From a virus (lineage: Duplodnaviria > Caudoviricetes), in IMG/VR virus record IMGVR_UViG_3300037067_004728, positions 41,377-105,376 of that record: a DNA stretch of 64,000 nucleotides; one strand, given 5' to 3'. The notes beneath the pieces were generated by a model, which did no database searches, was not told the DNA's origin, and saw only the letters and a list, made by a program, of their open reading frames with translations. The position numbers and the translations under genes were made by a program. Of the stretch, positions 21,855 to 31,830 are shown piece by piece. How positions within the stretch are numbered: the stretch's first letter is position 1; every line of letters starts with the position of its first letter.

Positions 21855-22823
21855 ATGTTAAGATTAGCGCATAGAATACTGAGTCAAAGGAAAAATCAAT
21901 TACCAGATGCCTATAAACCTGAAATGAAGGAAGTTGTCGGAGGTATCTGGAACTCAACCCAAAAAGTTTTAACCGATGGGCAACCAATTATTATTGCCGA
22001 TAACATTGCAGAGTATGTAAATAATCTATATGCTGACACTGCTACGGCACCTACATCATATCATATTTTTCCACCCTGCCCGCCGCCATTTAAATCATTT
22101 TTTATTGAATGGAATTGTCCACCTGGAATCAGGTATCCAGGGACTCGAACTTTTAGAGAACATGGCTATGTACAAGTTGGTTGTCAAATTGAAACCTTCG
22201 ACTCTCGAAAAAATTCAAGAGTTGAATTGGATGATCTTAGAAAAACTATGGTTGATGATAAACTTATAAATATATTTGATTCCATTGACTGGCGGTGGTT
22301 TTTAATTGGAATAAGTTTTGCATGTTTACGTGATGGTCGTGCTGTTCCAGTTGAATTTACTGAAATTTTCCTAGATGAAGATGGTAATTATATGCAGGCA
22401 TTGGGATATAGTTTATTTGAATTTTGCAGAAATGAATCTACTCCAATGTTATATGCAGAAGCAATCGTAATGCAAACTCTTGCATTTATGCAATGCAAAA
22501 ATGTAAATACTATTGATGTTACTGAATCCGAGGGGCCAGAACGTCGTTGGTGTCGCCGACAACGTGTTCCTGAATTAAAATATCAAATGTTGCAGATTGA
22601 TCCTAATTCAACCCGAACTTTGCGTCGAGGTCAATCCGAATCAAATGAATCAAATAGAGCCTTTCACATTTGTCGTGGGCATTTTGCTCACTATGAAGAT
22701 GATGGTGTAAGCAAGGGTCTCTTTGGTCAAGGACGTTATGGAACATTTTGGATTCCATCCCACATACGCGGTTCGCTGGAGAATGGTCGAATAATTAACA
22801 CTTATAACGTCTTAGCGCCGTGA
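21855..22823 (+). CDS. phage protein of unknown function
   Basis: 322-aa ORF with C-terminal H..RGHF...FW...H.RG motif. Confidence 0.5.
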   Translation: MLRLAHRILSQRKNQLPDAYKPEMKEVVGGIWNSTQKVLTDGQPIIIADNIAEYVNNLYADTATAPTSYHIFPPCPPPFKSFFIEWNCPPGIRYPGTRTFREHGYVQVGCQIETFDSRKNSRVELDDLRKTMVDDKLINIFDSIDWRWFLIGISFACLRDGRAVPVEFTEIFLDEDGNYMQALGYSLFEFCRNESTPMLYAEAIVMQTLAFMQCKNVNTIDVTESEGPERRWCRRQRVPELKYQMLQIDPNSTRTLRRGQSESNESNRAFHICRGHFAHYEDDGVSKGLFGQGRYGTFWIPSHIRGSLENGRIINTYNVLAP

Positions 22824-23708
22824 TTATACTTGTATCGAGACTACTAAAAAGATGGTTGACTAAAACCTATTGGTTTCGTGTACATTTTGTATGGCAAAAG
22901 AAAGTTTGGATAGGGAATCTGTGGGTAACAAACGCTGATGAAGCCGCCGCAATACTATCCGAAAAAGCAGTACGTATCAAGTTAATTGAAAATAGGGGCA
23001 AAGAGCGGAATCCTTATATTTTTCGAGCAGGAATTGCTTGGCAGTTGGAGGACTCATCAATTTGGGTTAGTATACAATGATTACAATTGAAGGCAAGAAA
23101 TATAAAGTAGTTGAATCACTCGGCTATAACCACGATGCTGGCACGTATGGCAAAGTTGTTTTAGTCGATGGTAAAGAACGAATTGCCGTAGGCACAAGAG
23201 GATGTTGGAAATTTTGGGAGCCACAGCTTAGACCAGGAAGTAAAGTAACAGGAGCATAATATGCCACGATTCACAAATTTTTATATATGCTGGAAGGGTG
23301 TGGATAATTTTGAAGCTACAAAGCATCTTGACCGAGCTATAGCTTCTACACAGATTAAGGTTGCGAGTCGAATTGATACGTATAAGGAAGAAGGCGATAT
23401 AAAAACACTTGATGCTTTGATTGAACACGCGCCTGATTGTCAATGTGAGGAATGCACAGGACAGCCTGTACCACCTTATATTGTTCCAATTGATCCGCTT
23501 GATTATTACAAGTCTATTATACGAAATGGTAGCGGTATGATTACCCTGCCACAAGGATTAGGAGTGATGGTTGGAAACGATGCTACTAAAGCACCAGCCG
23601 GTTGGTTGTTTGTTGATATTAAAGATTTGACACCCGAAGCATTAAAAGAGTATATTGATGCTGTTCGTGATGGGCGTCAAGCATGGCCTAAAAACTGAGG
23701 AGATAAAA

Positions 23709-24341
23709 ATGCGGAATGATTTGACGGATGTGACATTGGTTATTGATCGTAGTGGTTCAATGGCGAGCCGTAAAAAGGATGCTGAGGGTGGTATTAACAC
23801 TTTTGTTAATGAACAGAAGAAACAGCCCGGAGAGTGTTTACTTTCATTGGTACAATTTGACACAGATTACGAGTTTGTTCATCGTGGTATCAAGATTCAG
23901 GACGTACCAGCTTATACCTTAGTACCACGAGGTTGGACTGCATTACTGGATGCTGTTGGTCGGGCGATCAATGAAACAGGGGATCGTTTGGCGGCAATGC
24001 CAGAAGATCAACGTCCTGGGTTAGTCATTGTAGCAATCGTAACCGACGGTGAAGAAAACAGTAGCCGTGAGTTTACAAAGGCTCAAATTAAGCAAATGGT
24101 TGAGCGGCAGACCAATGAGTATTCGTGGCAATTTACTTTCTTGGGTGCAAATCAAGACGCATTTGCTGAGGCGCGACAACTTGGTATTTCGCGTGTTGGT
24201 ACGTGTGACTATAATCCACAGAATTCAGTGCAAGCATATCGAGCCTTGTCTGATAATGTGTCACGTATGCGAACGGCTAGCGCACAAGGAACCGAAGTTA
24301 TGTGCTGTTACACTGAGGATGAACGAAAGGCAATGTCCTAA
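23709..24341 (+). CDS. von Willebrand factor A domain protein
   Basis: DRSGSM MIDAS, T.LLDA.G, TDGEENSS, FLGANQDA; RBS gaggag before ATG 23709. Confidence 0.9.
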   Translation: MRNDLTDVTLVIDRSGSMASRKKDAEGGINTFVNEQKKQPGECLLSLVQFDTDYEFVHRGIKIQDVPAYTLVPRGWTALLDAVGRAINETGDRLAAMPEDQRPGLVIVAIVTDGEENSSREFTKAQIKQMVERQTNEYSWQFTFLGANQDAFAEARQLGISRVGTCDYNPQNSVQAYRALSDNVSRMRTASAQGTEVMCCYTEDERKAMS

Positions 24342-24342
24342 A

Positions 24343-24867
24343 ATGCTTCCGCATTTGTTACTAATATGTTGTTGCTGCTTAATGCCTGTTCGTGATGGAA
24401 GTATCATATTTTGGCAAGACGGTTTTCTTGTTAAGCCAATTATGAAAAATACGGGCAGCAACATCGTGCATGTTGCGATTGTACTCTATGAAAATGATGG
24501 CCCTTATGTCTATGAAGCCACTTGGCCGCGTGTACGTAAAATGCCATTAGCAGATTATTTACAACTCTTAGCCGATAAGCGATTTAAGCATGTTCCATCA
24601 AAACGCGGGTTTCGTTGGTTTATGATGCAGCCACGCGAGGAATATACACCTAAGCAACTTGAATCAATGAAGCAATATGCACGGTCACAATTGGGGCGCC
24701 GATATATGATGCGTGGATGGTGGAAGAATAAAGAAGTCCGAGGAATCATGTGTTCGCAATTTGTTGGTAATTGTATTGAAAAATCGGGCAAAATCAAATC
24801 GGCTAATTTTAAAGAATCACCTGTTAGTTTAAAAGAAAAAGTGGAGACGTTTTATGAAGGGAACTAA
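24343..24867 (+). CDS. permuted papain-like (YiiX/NlpC-P60) amidase
   Basis: signal-like N-terminus, HVAI..YEA, LG.RY, CSQFV. Confidence 0.75.
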   Translation: MLPHLLLICCCCLMPVRDGSIIFWQDGFLVKPIMKNTGSNIVHVAIVLYENDGPYVYEATWPRVRKMPLADYLQLLADKRFKHVPSKRGFRWFMMQPREEYTPKQLESMKQYARSQLGRRYMMRGWWKNKEVRGIMCSQFVGNCIEKSGKIKSANFKESPVSLKEKVETFYEGN

Positions 24868-25540
24868 GAAACAATCGGCATTATTACAAGTAGCCGAGCT
24901 AACGTGTGGCGCGGCTTTTGTTGCCGGGGCTTTTATTGCATGGCGTAGCTATGATTTACCAGGACTGTTTGCAATTATTGCTGCTGGTATAGGAGTAAGT
25001 ATGTTAGCTCATGTTTTTGGAGTTGAATTATGAATTATGAGTGGTGGGACGTAGGCGAAGAACAACTGTTGCGGGGAGCCTTTCCTAATTTTGGAAAAAC
25101 CTCGACCTCGAAAATAATGCAGGCTCTAATTCAGTTGGATGGACAAATGACTAGCTCGATTGTTTTTGGTGACAATAATATGCGGGCAGCAAGTCGTAGT
25201 GTAGTCTATCGCATTGCTTTACCGGAGGGTAAGCGGAGTGAATTTGAACAATTAACAGGCTACGCCTGTTCGTTGCCGCGAAAGGTGCATGTGAACTAAT
25301 TATGTCTAAGTCGCTTCAAGATAAATTTTTAGTTTTTGATGATGCTGGAAATCTTAAAGATGATGGCATTTATCGGGCTGAGACTATATTAAAAGAAGCC
25401 GGAGCAACGATAGAAAGAGGACTTATTTTTGCCCCCTGTCAGTGGGATTTTGACAGGCACACGCAGGGGGATATGTTTGATGCTTTGGATTGGCTTTGCG
25501 ATGAGTGGGATTATTCGTTTATTCCCTATGAGGATTTTTA

Positions 25541-25628
25541 GGAAGGGAGCCGAATACGGTTGGTCGGGCCGGTTTGCTAAACCGTGCGACCCTTCGGGGT
25601 CATGCGGGTTCAAATCCCGCCCCTTCCG
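25541..25628 (+). tRNA. tRNA-Ser(GCT)
   Basis: ggaaggg/cccttcc acceptor, TTGCTAA loop, long variable arm, GGTTCAAATCC. Confidence 0.9.
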
Positions 25629-26016
25629 CTTGACAAATCAAAATTGTATGATATGATTAAGATATGCTAAAGGCAATTAGATTTGACTTGCGATTGAATC
25701 TTCTTAAAGTGCATGTTGGTGTGCGCATACGTCCGCTTATACGATCATGGAAGTGGTTTCCGTATGGTTTGATCCCTACTTGTTTGTGGTTGGGGCCAAT
25801 AGAGTTTACAGTTTTTGCAGGGAAATACGCCAAGTGGCTTGATTTTTCATGCTCGGTGGATTTTGATTTGAAGGAAGAGGGTATTTCATTCCGATTTAAT
25901 CCATTTTGGTGGGAATTAGGAACAACTTTTTCATTAGACGGTATGAATGGGTATTTTACTGCCTATCCAAAATGTGGCCCCCTTCATATTTACGCATACA
26001 AATGGCTAGAACGTGT

Positions 26017-26745
26017 ATGAAACCACTTAATCAAAAATGCTACGGGAGTATCGGCCACTTGCCCGGTTCACGGGTAGGTAAAACCGATCATTATATCACT
26101 GACGGGCAGGCTCGTATTGCAACTGTTAAGGGACGAGATTGTCACGATGTAGTGATCGTGCAGGAAAAATTAGATGGCGCATGTGTCGGGGTCGCTAAAA
26201 TAAATAACGAGTTAGTAGCATTGACTCGTGCTGGTAATTTGTGCGTTCGGTCGCAATTTCCTCATCATCATACTTTTGTGGAATGGATGTATCGCCACTA
26301 TAATCGTTTTAATGCCCTACTTGATGAAGGCGAACGAGTTGTTGGAGAATGGTTAGCTCTTGCTCACGGGACATTATATAATAATCAACAGAAAGGTTGG
26401 GAACCTTTTGTAGCTTTTGACCTAATGAAAGGTACTGAACGATTAGTCTATCAGTTATTTAGCAGAAGGGTCAATAAATTTTTTAATACGCCACCGCTTA
26501 TTTCTGAGGGCCTCCCCCGTACTATTGACTGGGTTCGAGAAGAGTGTCCTGAAAGTCGATATGGCGGTGAGCATGTTGAGGGCTACATTTGGCGGGTTGA
26601 ACGAAATCCGTATGCAAAGAATGGTCCGTATGTTGACTATCTTTGCAAATGGGTGAATCCTACTTATGTTGCAGGTAAGTATCTTCCAGAAATAAGTAAT
26701 ACTTTACCTGTTTGGAATTATTATGAGGCCCCGGTACGCGCATGA
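26017..26745 (+). CDS. RNA ligase family protein
   Basis: QEKLDG motif I, GEW, FDL, EGY..R, K motifs; ATG at 26017. Confidence 0.8.
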   Translation: MKPLNQKCYGSIGHLPGSRVGKTDHYITDGQARIATVKGRDCHDVVIVQEKLDGACVGVAKINNELVALTRAGNLCVRSQFPHHHTFVEWMYRHYNRFNALLDEGERVVGEWLALAHGTLYNNQQKGWEPFVAFDLMKGTERLVYQLFSRRVNKFFNTPPLISEGLPRTIDWVREECPESRYGGEHVEGYIWRVERNPYAKNGPYVDYLCKWVNPTYVAGKYLPEISNTLPVWNYYEAPVRA

Positions 26746-27359
26746 GCGCTGAACCCATAAAACTACCGGGCTGGCGACTGGGATGGGTAACGCCTGGACC
26801 CCTAAAGGTATTGCGGCGTGGCGTCCGCATGTCCGGTATTGTTCCGGGGCCTCTACAAAATTATGTATAAATTTCTGCGCTGTAATACGGATATACGATT
26901 ACCGACGCTTGAAGGTTGGTATTTAGAGGTACAGAGGGATGATTTTGCAACAATAATGGACCTTCATCTTGGTGTGGTGTCGTCTTATTGTACACGATTT
27001 GGTAGAAACCCTCATGCTGATCCCACGAATATTTACAATCCTGTGCAACTGGCAAATCAATGGACTGCTATGCTTACTAAATTATTGAAACAGGATGGTA
27101 AAGTATTAGTCAATTCATGCGGCGGTTTTCTTCCCTTAACAAACATTAGAATTTTAAGTTGGATTGACGCGACTAAATTGCGTTGGCCGGATATTTATGC
27201 GGATGAAATTATTACAATTTCTCGCTGGCCCGAAGGTAGACATTATTATCTATCCAGCAATCATAATCGCATTTTTGTTCCTGCAAAATTTTCAACCTAC
27301 GCAGGGGCTAGAGAATTAGCTACTGTGTATGTCAATGCTTCACAAATAAAATCAAACGC

Positions 27360-28502
27360 ATGAAAATACGAATTGTGGTTTACACGACGTTATTATTTGC
27401 CATTATTGGTGGCATTTATATTAACACCTATTCCGATGTTTATGAAACATCGCAAGCGATAATCGTGCGAAATGATACTTCGCATGTTGAATCCGGTCCC
27501 GGTAAATTTCGGTATCCAGAAGAAATGAAAAATCATCAGGAAGTCTTAGTCGAATTGGCTAGGAATATGGGCGCAAAAATCAAACCACCTAAAGGTGCAG
27601 AATTAGGTAAAACTGAAATCTGTTACCTTGTTGGCGGATCATTTTATAAATTGCAGAGACAATTTCAAAATCTGCGAGCCGCACAAGCTCGTAGTATGTT
27701 GACAGAATTGCGGGACGCTGCTAGTATTGCTAAAGCCAATTTACTCGATGCCACAACACGATTAACTAAACTTGAAAAGAAACTAGGTGGCGATCTTGCT
27801 GAGTTACGCTCTATGCAAGAATGGACAACTGGTGATAGCGCTCTACGTCGTACTGTCGAGGAACTACGCGCTAAAATAGCTGACATTAGTTGCCAAGAGA
27901 AAATTTATCAGAAACTATTGTTAGCTATTGATAGTATGCAAGAAGCTACTTTATCTTCAAGACTCTTAGACGCCCACCCACCATTGAAAAGACTCAAGGA
28001 AGGATTATCAGAGGCACATTTACGAACGGCCACACTCTTAGGAACCTACACTGAGAATCATCCTAAAGTAATAGCGGCTGTAGAATCAGAACGAATTGTT
28101 CACGAAAAATTAAAGCATGAGTTAATTTTAGCATACGGAGGTATTAAACTTGAATGTGTCATGTTGTCAGTGACCCATAGATCATTAGACCAGCAACTAG
28201 CCACTGTAACCGCTAGATTACAGAATCTTGCGAGTTTACGGGCTGAATATGTAAACACAATTGCTGAGGTTAAAAATTATAGTAGCTTTTTGGATCAAAC
28301 TCAACGTAATTTGTTTGAAGCCCAGACCCTTGTTTATAATGATAGTTTGATTCTTCGAGTAGGGGAGCCAGTAGTGTCAATTAAACAACCCGCCCGACTG
28401 GTGGTTTTCTTAACCAGTATTTTGGGTGGTATACTCACTGGTATCGGATTAGTTTGTCTTATTTATCCGCCTGATTTGACAAAGTACAAACCTGTGATAT
28501 AG
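27360..28502 (+). CDS. GumC/Wzc-like polysaccharide chain-length determinant
   Basis: two TM ends, long coiled coil, YTENHPKV motif. Confidence 0.7.
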   Translation: MKIRIVVYTTLLFAIIGGIYINTYSDVYETSQAIIVRNDTSHVESGPGKFRYPEEMKNHQEVLVELARNMGAKIKPPKGAELGKTEICYLVGGSFYKLQRQFQNLRAAQARSMLTELRDAASIAKANLLDATTRLTKLEKKLGGDLAELRSMQEWTTGDSALRRTVEELRAKIADISCQEKIYQKLLLAIDSMQEATLSSRLLDAHPPLKRLKEGLSEAHLRTATLLGTYTENHPKVIAAVESERIVHEKLKHELILAYGGIKLECVMLSVTHRSLDQQLATVTARLQNLASLRAEYVNTIAEVKNYSSFLDQTQRNLFEAQTLVYNDSLILRVGEPVVSIKQPARLVVFLTSILGGILTGIGLVCLIYPPDLTKYKPVI

Positions 28503-28511
28503 TTATGGTAT

Positions 28512-28592
28512 GGGCAGGTGGCGAAATGGCAAACGCTGGGGTCTTAAAAGCCCCTACCTGCGGGTTTGCGGGTTCGAGTCCCGCCCTGCCTA
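28512..28592 (+). tRNA. tRNA-Leu(TAA)
   Basis: gggcagg/cctgcct acceptor, CTTAAAA loop, GGTTCGAGTCC. Confidence 0.9.
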
Positions 28593-29195
28593 CTTGACAA
28601 TCTAAAAATTTGAGGTATAATTAAGATATGAAGTTTGGATACCTGAATAGATTTGGTGATTACTGGTATATGCCCCGGATGGATGGCTTGAGCGTTTTTA
28701 ATGCTACCACTGGGGACCGAGTAGCTGAATGGTATGTCCATGATTCTAGGAATGAATGGAAAACATGGTCCTTTCATTGTTTAGTAAATACCTTGCCACC
28801 TGATGTGGCAAGCCGATTCGGGCATGTTGTCCGCGATTGGGAAAAGTATGTGGATGATCGGCTTGTTGAATGTTTTAATTATTCGCGTCAGGACTAACTA
28901 TGCGCCCCGCTCGAATTGTCAATTATATCACATTTGCCGCTGACCGATGTGAATTTGAACTTGAAGTAAGTTTTTGGTATACTCCTGGCGATGAATGGGA
29001 TGGGCCAGAGATTGAACTGGGTAGAGTACAAAGAGTTTTAGCCATTGTAACTCCATCTGGTTTAGTGATCGAGCAGCGGTGGTTAGAACAACGTGGATTT
29101 TATGCGTGGGCAAAACAATATGCCGAGAGAGAACTTGATCGGCGTTTGCAGCCCGATAGCCGAGTTTGGTGGGATTTATTAAGGATAGCAGAAGA

Positions 29196-29342
29196 ATGTT
29201 AAGCACATTTCACTGGTTTGTAGTGGCTTTGGTGGCCTTCTTGCTCTTTGGTAACAGATTGCCGTCAGTGATGAAGTCATTGGGGCAGGGAATCAATGAG
29301 TTTAAGAAGGGATTAAACGATCCAGACGAACCGAAGCATTGA
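29196..29342 (+). CDS. tatA: twin-arginine translocase TatA (not in ORF track, 48 aa)
   Basis: translates MLSTFHWFVVALVAFLLFGNRLPSVMKSLGQGINEFKKGLNDPDEPKH: TM, FG hinge, amphipathic helix, FKK. Confidence 0.9.
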   Translation: MLSTFHWFVVALVAFLLFGNRLPSVMKSLGQGINEFKKGLNDPDEPKH

Positions 29343-29413
29343 TATTGATGCCGTGGCTTGTACCACGAGAAGCAGGATTATGCCTGCCGGTTCGCATTTT
29401 TAGGAGATTTATC

Positions 29414-29557
29414 ATGGTTACTTTTGGTCGTGTACCCTTGACGCCGGATGAACGTAAAGCCCGCCGTCGTAAGGTATTGGCGGTGTTGGGTGTGCTAACC
29501 GCGATTGGCGGCACTATTGCCGGTCTTATTGCGGCAGGCGTTGCATATTTTAAGTAA
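29414..29557 (+). CDS. 47-aa basic/hydrophobic peptide resembling a twin-arginine signal
   Basis: aggag RBS; ARRRKVLAVLG followed by a Gly/Ala-rich hydrophobic stretch. Confidence 0.55.
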   Translation: MVTFGRVPLTPDERKARRRKVLAVLGVLTAIGGTIAGLIAAGVAYFK

Positions 29558-29629
29558 GCCGCTGTAGAATAGTGGTTAGTTTACCGGCCCTTCAAGTCGG
29601 ATACCTGGGTTCGAGTCCCAGCAGCGGTA
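29558..29629 (+). tRNA. tRNA-Glu(TTC)
   Basis: gccgctg/cagcggt acceptor, CCTTCAA loop, GGTTCGAGTCC. Confidence 0.85.
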
Positions 29630-29631
29630 CT

Positions 29632-29705
29632 GTGACTGTAGCTCAATTGGTTAGAGCGGCAGGTTGTGGTCCTGCATGTTGCGGGTTCGACTCCCGCCAG
29701 TCACC
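29632..29705 (+). tRNA. tRNA-His(GTG)
   Basis: gtgactg/cagtcac acceptor, TTGTGGT loop, GGTTCGACTCC. Confidence 0.9.
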
Positions 29706-29966
29706 TTATGAATAATTATAAACTCGCGGAAATAATCAGCAGGGGTATTAGAGCAAGAGGCTACAAAAGCAAGTCTCACCGATTACATCAGTTATTCGGT
29801 GGTAAATGGATTTATGACTATAGGTGTAGTTGGTGGTGTGATGATGATAAACGCCATGTTAGCCGATGCTCAGCCGGTGTTGATGAATTTGATAATGAGG
29901 TAGGACCGCCAGAGTATTGGTTATATGGTGATGGCGAACCGAAACGAGTTTATTTTTAGATTTTAC

Positions 29967-29994
29967 TTGACAAACTGAGTTTTTGAGATATAAT
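29967..29994 (+). promoter_or_regulatory. sigma70 promoter for the Y RNA-Ro60 operon
   Basis: TTGACA-N16-TATAAT; predicted start about 30001. Confidence 0.85.
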
Positions 29995-30001
29995 TAAGTT
30001 A

Positions 30002-30062
30002 TAGGGCCGAAGCGGCTAGGTTATCACTGTTAATGATTCCGCCTACCGCGTTCCTTGCCCTA
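30002..30062 (+). ncRNA. Y RNA copy 1
   Basis: TAGGGCCGAAG...CTTGCCCTA bulged-C Ro-binding stem, GGTTATC motif; upstream of Ro60. Confidence 0.8.
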
Positions 30063-30072
30063 ACCGTATTTG

Positions 30073-30131
30073 TGGGCCGAAGGTAGTCGGTTATCATTAC
30101 ATGGCGAAACCCGATTACCACACCTTGCCCA
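30073..30131 (+). ncRNA. Y RNA copy 2
   Basis: TGGGCCGAAGGTAGTCGGTTATC...CCGATTACC...CTTGCCCA. Confidence 0.8.
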
Positions 30132-30142
30132 TTTTGAACTTA

Positions 30143-30204
30143 GGGGCCGAAGATTATCGGTTATCAATTTGGTTTTGACGCACCCGATAGTCAACCCTTG
30201 CCCC
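30143..30204 (+). ncRNA. Y RNA copy 3
   Basis: GGGGCCGAAGATTATCGGTTATC...CCGATAGTC...CTTGCCCC followed by T-run. Confidence 0.8.
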
Positions 30205-30225
30205 GCTTTTTAATTTGGAGATTTT

Positions 30226-31830
30226 ATGCACAATTTGGCTAAGCACATTTCCGTTAAGACAACCCCTCAAAGCCGCGCTATCCCTGGTAAGAATCAGGTG
30301 CAGAATAATGCTGGCGGCTTTGTTTATTCCCTCGACTGTTGGAAGCGTTTGCAGAGATTCCTTATTCTAGGGTCAGATGGCGGAACTTATTATGCTACGG
30401 AAGCCAAGTTGACGATTGACAATGCTGGTGTGGTTGCCGAATGTGCAGCCACGGATGCACGGCGAACAGTCGATATGATTGTGGAAATTAGCCAGTCTGG
30501 TCGCGCACCGAAGAATGATGCGGCTATTCTTGCACTGGCTATTCTAGCCGCCAATGATAATGATGCTGTGCGACAATTGGCTTTGTCGGCGGTGTCAAAG
30601 GTTTGCCGTATCGGAACCCATATTTTCCAGTTTACGGCGGCATGTCGTGAATTGCGTGGTTTCGGTCGTGGGTTGCGAGAAGCAATTGCAGGCTGGTATA
30701 ATGATAAGCCCGTTGCTGACCTTGCTTATCAGGTTACAAAGTATCGAAATCGTGCAGGATATACGCATAGGGATTTGTTGCGGCTAAGCCACCCCAATCC
30801 TGTCAGCGAGCAACGTGATGATTTGTACGGTTGGATTGTTGGCAAAGGTAAGAACTGGGTTGAAGCCCCTAATGTCGATGATCCTTTGGCTTACACGTAT
30901 GCACTTGATCGAATCGGCGAATTGGACCCGGCAAGTTTCAGGGATGCAATCCGACTGATTGAGGACTATAATCTAGCGTTTGAGCATGTACCGACTTGCT
31001 TCTTGAATAATGCTAATGTTTGGGATGCCTTGTTGCCGAATCTCAAGCCGACTTCATTGATCCGAAATCTTGGTAAGATGACTACTGTTGGCTTGTTGAA
31101 GCCGTTGTCTAAGTCTACAAGCTATGTCTGTGAGGTCTTGAACAATGCGGAGCGAATTCGTAAGGCACGGGTACACCCACTTTCTATCTTACTGGCGCTG
31201 AATACTTATCAGCAGGGGCATGGGTTACTTGGCAATCTATCGTGGCGTCCTGTTCCTCAGATTACGTCGGCCTTGGAGTCCGCATTTTATCTGGCCTTTG
31301 ATGCCGTTGAACCGACGAACAAGCGGCACTTTTTGGCTGTTGATGTTTCTGGGTCGATGGGTTGGTCATATTTGGCTAATACCCGCTTGTCGGCTCGTGA
31401 GGCTTCTGCTTGCATGTCGCTGGTGACTAGCAAGGTTGAGCCGAATACGTACACGCTTGGATTCTCGGATGAGTTGACTGATTTGGGTATCACGTCTCAT
31501 TCTAATCTGAATGACGTATTGAATACGATTAAGAATCTCCGTATGCGTCGTACTGACTGTGCTTTGCCTATGATCTATGCGAAGCAGAATAAGTTGGAGG
31601 TTGATGCGTTTATTGTCTACACTGACAATGAGACATGGTTTGGGAGTATTCATCCCAGTCAGGCGCTTGACCAGTATCGTCAGGCCAGCGGTATTGATGC
31701 GAAGTTGATTGTAGCTGGTATGACGGCCACAGGCTTCACTATTGCTGACCCCAATGATACAGGCATGTTGGATGTTGTCGGTTTTGATGCCGCTTGCCCG
31801 GCTATTATGGCGAATTTTGTGAGGTCTTGA
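30226..31830 (+). CDS. rsr: Ro60/TROVE domain RNA-binding protein (Rsr)
   Basis: NNAGG, RFLILG..GGTYY, KYRNR.G.THRDLLRLSHP, DVSGSM vWA, TDNETW, DVVGFD. Confidence 0.95.
   Translation: MHNLAKHISVKTTPQSRAIPGKNQVQNNAGGFVYSLDCWKRLQRFLILGSDGGTYYATEAKLTIDNAGVVAECAATDARRTVDMIVEISQSGRAPKNDAAILALAILAANDNDAVRQLALSAVSKVCRIGTHIFQFTAACRELRGFGRGLREAIAGWYNDKPVADLAYQVTKYRNRAGYTHRDLLRLSHPNPVSEQRDDLYGWIVGKGKNWVEAPNVDDPLAYTYALDRIGELDPASFRDAIRLIEDYNLAFEHVPTCFLNNANVWDALLPNLKPTSLIRNLGKMTTVGLLKPLSKSTSYVCEVLNNAERIRKARVHPLSILLALNTYQQGHGLLGNLSWRPVPQITSALESAFYLAFDAVEPTNKRHFLAVDVSGSMGWSYLANTRLSAREASACMSLVTSKVEPNTYTLGFSDELTDLGITSHSNLNDVLNTIKNLRMRRTDCALPMIYAKQNKLEVDAFIVYTDNETWFGSIHPSQALDQYRQASGIDAKLIVAGMTATGFTIADPNDTGMLDVVGFDAACPAIMANFVRS

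Noticed and set aside
30002-30204. Mini-CRISPR or simple tandem repeat
   Set aside because: Conservation is split between paired 5' and 3' ends with covarying stems, which fits structured Y RNAs rather than identical repeats.
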